Positions 60,335-64,000 of a stretch of DNA of 64,000 nucleotides are shown in pieces. Each line of letters opens with the position of its first letter. The stretch's first letter is position 1. The notes below the pieces were generated by a model that was not told the DNA's origin, made no database searches, and saw nothing but the letters and a program-made list of their open reading frames with translations. The translations under genes were made by a program, and so were the position numbers. Source of the DNA: Fusicatenibacter saccharivorans (GTDB taxonomy: Bacteria; Bacillota; Negativicutes; Veillonellales; Dialisteraceae). The stretch spans positions 35,897 to 99,896 of the forward strand of contig CAVBQN010000002.1 of NCBI GenBank assembly GCA_963597545.1. The letters run 5' to 3'.

Positions 60335-61275
60335 CAGCCCTCCCTCGCTTTCGGGCTCAGCAAATAGTAGCTGAGATCAACCAGATAATTAAATACGATG
60401 AAAACTGTCCCACTGACCAGCACATAGCCCTGAATCACCGGATAATCCCGTCCCCAGATAGCCGAGAGTACATAGCTTCCAAGACCGGGTATGGAAAAAA
60501 GATTCTCGATAATGACCGAGCCGCCCAAGATTGATGCAAAAAACGTCCCCAGCATGGTAATGACCGGCATCAGCGAATTAGGCAGGACATGATAGATCTC
60601 TATATACGAAGCGGAGAGCCCCTTCGCCCGCTCTGTCAGAAGAAAGGGCTTCTCCATCACCGAAAGGACCGACGTCTGCTCCAGACGCAGCACCGCAGCC
60701 GCTGTCCCTGCTGCCAGCACAAAGGATGGCAATATCATGTGGAGCGCATCGCCATACCCGGAGGAAGGCAGGAGCTGCCACTCTTCCGAAAAGATCAGCA
60801 TCATCATGATCCCCAGCCAGAAAGACGGCATAGAAATAAAGAAGAGTGCCACGAGCTCAAGTCCGATCTCTGCTGCATGACCCTTCCTGCGCGCCGCCCA
60901 TATGCCCGCGGGGATGCCGAGCAGGATCACCCATCCCATCGCCCAGAGAGCCAAGTGGAGTGTGACGGGAAATCTTCTCATGAGCTCGGACAGCACCGGT
61001 CTATGTGTCAGATACGATACACCCAGATCTCCCACTGCCGCATGTGTGAGCCAGCTCCCATACTGCATCCAAAAAGGCTGATCCAGCCCCATGCTCTCCC
61101 GCATCGCAAGAAGCTCCGACTCCGTCGGTTCTGCCGTCCCGTCCATCGTAAGGACCGCCATCGCCGGATCTCCGGGCGCAAGCACGCCCAGCAGGAACGC
61201 CAAGATCGTGAGTCCGATGAGAAAAGGGATCAGGAGAAAAATGCGCCGAAGCGCATAGATCAGAAAAGATTTCAT
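60334..61275 (-). CDS. peptide/nickel-family ABC transporter permease (NikB/DppB-like)
   Basis: 313 aa. MKSFLIYALRRIFLLIP N-terminus and TERAKGLSASYIEIYHVLPNS EAA loop are typical of DppB/NikB. Confidence 0.87.
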   Translation of the reverse strand: MKSFLIYALRRIFLLIPFLIGLTILAFLLGVLAPGDPAMAVLTMDGTAEPTESELLAMRESMGLDQPFWMQYGSWLTHAAVGDLGVSYLTHRPVLSELMRRFPVTLHLALWAMGWVILLGIPAGIWAARRKGHAAEIGLELVALFFISMPSFWLGIMMMLIFSEEWQLLPSSGYGDALHMILPSFVLAAGTAAAVLRLEQTSVLSVMEKPFLLTERAKGLSASYIEIYHVLPNSLMPVITMLGTFFASILGGSVIIENLFSIPGLGSYVLSAIWGRDYPVIQGYVLVSGTVFIVFNYLVDLSYYLLSPKAREG

Positions 61276-61406
61276 GAGATGTGCCTCCTTTCGTGAAGCA
61301 CTGACACGAGGGCCATTCCAAGCACAGAAGGACGAATCCGCCCGTCAAGACGCAGCACAAAGAAATTTCATAGAGGAAAGCCGCGACCTGCCGCCGATAC
61401 CTTTTC

Positions 61407-62960
61407 CTACTCCTTCCACGCCACCTTGTCCAGCGTAATGCCATAGACCGCCGCATGGTAGCCTGTGATTTTTTTCGAACAGACAGCGAGATTCTCATCT
61501 TCCAAGAGCGGGATGACCGCCGGATGGAGGAGCAGCTCTTCCCGGATCTCATGGTAGAGCACCTGCCGATCTTCGATCTCATAGGTATGAGTAAGCGCAT
61601 CAAAGGCTGCATCTATTTTCGGATTGGCATAGCAGAAATGGCTGGCAAGATTCGTCGCACCTTCGCTATGAAAGAATTCTCTCAAAAGCGAAGTCGGATC
61701 GAGATTTCCGAGCCCCCTCGTCCCGATGGCGAGATCATAATCCCCCTCCTTCATCATTTTCCTTGACGTCAGACCATCCACCATCACGATCTTGACATCC
61801 AGCCCGAGATCTTTCAGCTCCGCCTGCAGAAATTCTGAAATGACCTTGTAAGGGTAGCGCTCGGCACCATACTGTGGGAGGAGGAATTTCACCTCACACC
61901 GGGCATCCCCCAGCACTTCCCGCGCAAGTGCCTTCGCCTCAGCAGGATCATAGATCGGCGGCTCCGGTCGCGAAAAAGGATTCGTACTATTCAAGAAGCT
62001 CCGCGTCGGTGTAGCGAATCCCGCAAAATAATACTTCACGATCTTTTCCCTATCGATGGCAAGATCCAGCGCCCTTCGCATTCGTTCATCGGAGAAAGGG
62101 AAACGGCCGCCATTGACAGAAAGATAGTGGGAAATCGTCGAGTGCGCACTGTCTACCGAGAAATCCCCCGTTCGCATGAGCTCCCTCACCATCATCGGTG
62201 TCAGTCCGCCCAGATCTAAGACCCCCTGCACCTCTCCCGAACGCATCGCCGAATATCGCGCCTCCGCCGAAGTGATCACGCGGATACGGATCCGCTTCGC
62301 CTTTGCTTTTTCGCCATGGTATCCATCAAAGCGCGAAAGGAGAGTATAGTCGTCCGCCTTCCGGTCAATGATCTGAAAAGGCCCTGTGCCCGCTGCGATT
62401 TTCGTGAAGTCTCCCGTTTCTCGATCAAAAGAAGCCGGACTGAACATCGCGCTCCCCCAGCCCGCCATGCGATGGATCAGCATGGGGACAGGCCGCTCGA
62501 AATACAGATGGAGCGTGTAGTCATCGTCCGCCTCATAACGGACAAGCCCCGGGTAAATGCGCGAGACCAGATAACCATAGAAGGAAGATGGCTTGTACCC
62601 CATGTGCGTTACGCGGTAGATATTCTCTCGCGCCGCATGTGCATCGAAGGAAACCCCGTCATGGAACTTCACCCCCTTCTTCAGATGAAAAATCCACTCC
62701 GTCTTTTCTGCATTCGACTCCCAAGACTCGGCGAGCATCGGCATGACTTTCCCATCATCAGAAATCCCGACCAGCGACTCCCAAGTCTTTAGGATCACGG
62801 TGGAGTAGTAGGGGTCCTTCTCCCCCGGCGAAAGATCCCTCCCCGCCGCGAGTACGATCTCTTTCTCCTCTCCCGTCTTCGACGCGTCCCCGCAGCCCGC
62901 GAAAGCGAGCGGGAATAGCAGGAGGAAAAAGAGAGATAGATAGCGAAAGAAAATACGCAT
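61407..62960 (-). CDS. family-5 substrate-binding lipoprotein (NikA/OppA/CntA-like)
   Basis: Lipobox LAFAGC, 517 aa, SBP_bac_5-type sequence. First gene of the five-gene importer. Confidence 0.85.
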   Translation of the reverse strand: MRIFFRYLSLFFLLLFPLAFAGCGDASKTGEEKEIVLAAGRDLSPGEKDPYYSTVILKTWESLVGISDDGKVMPMLAESWESNAEKTEWIFHLKKGVKFHDGVSFDAHAARENIYRVTHMGYKPSSFYGYLVSRIYPGLVRYEADDDYTLHLYFERPVPMLIHRMAGWGSAMFSPASFDRETGDFTKIAAGTGPFQIIDRKADDYTLLSRFDGYHGEKAKAKRIRIRVITSAEARYSAMRSGEVQGVLDLGGLTPMMVRELMRTGDFSVDSAHSTISHYLSVNGGRFPFSDERMRRALDLAIDREKIVKYYFAGFATPTRSFLNSTNPFSRPEPPIYDPAEAKALAREVLGDARCEVKFLLPQYGAERYPYKVISEFLQAELKDLGLDVKIVMVDGLTSRKMMKEGDYDLAIGTRGLGNLDPTSLLREFFHSEGATNLASHFCYANPKIDAAFDALTHTYEIEDRQVLYHEIREELLLHPAVIPLLEDENLAVCSKKITGYHAAVYGITLDKVAWKE

Positions 62961-63004
62961 AGGGATTCACCTCTTTTCTTGTGGAAACTTTTTGAGAATA
63001 GGGG

Positions 63005-63030
63005 AATAGGCGGCCGCAAGGCCGCCTATT
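63005..63030 (-). terminator. hairpin after the TonB receptor gene
   Basis: AATAGGCGGCC-gcaa-GGCCGCCTATT, an 11-bp GC-rich stem. The T-tract is weak. Confidence 0.55.
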
Positions 63031-63046
63031 ATTTATAAAACATATA

Positions 63047-64000
63047 TCAGAAGTGGAGTTTAGCCGTGAAGGTGAAAGTACGCGGGAGTGACAGATAGAC
63101 CTGATTGCCACGGGAAACCATCCAGTAGTCTTTGTCGAATACATTGTTGCACATCAGGGAGAGTTCCGCCGGTGTCTTGCCGAAGTGTGTCTTATAGGTT
63201 GCGCCCAGATCGAAAATGGTATAACCACCAGCCCAGACTTTTTCATTCATGACTGGAGTTCTGCCAGTATAGATGCCGCGACCAAGAATGCTCCAGGATT
63301 CATTCGGATTGTATTCCGCACCGAAGACAGCCGTCCACTGGCTGGTACCGTTGACACGAATACCGTCCAGCTGACCTTTTGTTGTTTTTTCCTGTTTGGC
63401 ATCAAGGTGGGAAAGACCGCCAAAGACATTCCACTTGTCAGTCAGCTTGCCATTCACAGAAAATTCTACGCCTTTATGACGTACTTCCCCGTCTTTAGAC
63501 TGGAAAGGTTTGCTAAATCCCGGCTTATAGACGCTAATCAGATTATCCTGTTTCAGGTCATAGTACGCCAGTGTCCAGAGCAGATCATTCTTCATGTATT
63601 TGAAGCCGATTTCATTCTGCTTTGTCTTGAGAGGTGGGAGAACGTCTCCAAAGTTTTCAAATGTGGTGTTGACGCCCGTACCGCAGTCAAAGTTTTCGGA
63701 ATGGCTCGCATAGATAGACATATTTTCGTTTGGATGGTAGATCAATCCGTAAGTCGGGCTGGTGTCATCGCTTTCCATTCTATCGATGCCTGTTACTTCG
63801 CTGCTGGTTGCATTTTTATATTTATATGCATTTGACACTGCTTCATGTTTATGGACACCCAGCACGGCATTCCACTTCTCATAAGTCATGTAGTCGACCA
63901 GAGAGTAACTCTTGATACGTGTCTTATTATTCCAGCGGGTATCGAACTTTGTTGGTGCAGCCAATGTCTGATGGATGCCAGTGTACAGGTCACCAGTACC
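63047..64000 (-). CDS. TonB-dependent outer-membrane receptor, C-terminal part (5' end lies beyond the window)
   Basis: Beta-barrel C-terminal region ending FTAKLHF (terminal aromatic residue). The reading frame stays open to the window edge. It resembles the C-terminus of the receptor at 16501-18672. Confidence 0.8.
   Translation of the reverse strand, partial: GTGDLYTGIHQTLAAPTKFDTRWNNKTRIKSYSLVDYMTYEKWNAVLGVHKHEAVSNAYKYKNATSSEVTGIDRMESDDTSPTYGLIYHPNENMSIYASHSENFDCGTGVNTTFENFGDVLPPLKTKQNEIGFKYMKNDLLWTLAYYDLKQDNLISVYKPGFSKPFQSKDGEVRHKGVEFSVNGKLTDKWNVFGGLSHLDAKQEKTTKGQLDGIRVNGTSQWTAVFGAEYNPNESWSILGRGIYTGRTPVMNEKVWAGGYTIFDLGATYKTHFGKTPAELSLMCNNVFDKDYWMVSRGNQVYLSLPRTFTFTAKLHF

Overview
The window is almost entirely minus-strand, about 55% GC, with Firmicute-like gene order. 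It also encodes outer-membrane functions (two TonB-dependent receptors, heptose genes gmhA/gmhB), so I infer a diderm Firmicute (Negativicutes-like); this is not verified. In transcription order (high to low coordinate) it holds: a TonB receptor (partial) with a Nik/Opp-type ABC importer; a large GGDEF-histidine kinase-receiver hybrid sensor; contiguous uvrB-uvrA-uvrC; a dcw cluster (mraZ-rsmH-ftsL-murE-murF-mraY-murD-murG-murC-ddl-ftsQ-ftsZ) with no ftsI, ftsW or ftsA; nrdR-gmhA-gmhB; a SpoU methyltransferase; ACT-hom-thrB; a lower-GC island of about 8.3 kb (LysR regulator, nitrogenase-component-1-like protein, FecBCD-type ABC importer, TonB receptor); a plus-strand fabK-like gene; gap-pgk-tpiA-eno; glmU-prs-pth-tmk-rbgA-rnhB; csoR; and sirC-like-hemA-hemC. 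The most unusual signal is non-coding. All ten intergenic spacers longer than about 140 bp between ddl and the sensor gene (32.4-54.2 kb) are built from the same short modules: period-7 arrays that abut stop codons, GC hairpins, an inverted or tandem composite unit of about 200 bp, and reused terminator hairpins. There is no transposase and I recognise no matching repeat family. No rRNA, tRNA, CRISPR array, integrase or obvious defence genes were seen. Several ORF-track N-termini were trimmed to internal starts that have Shine-Dalgarno support.
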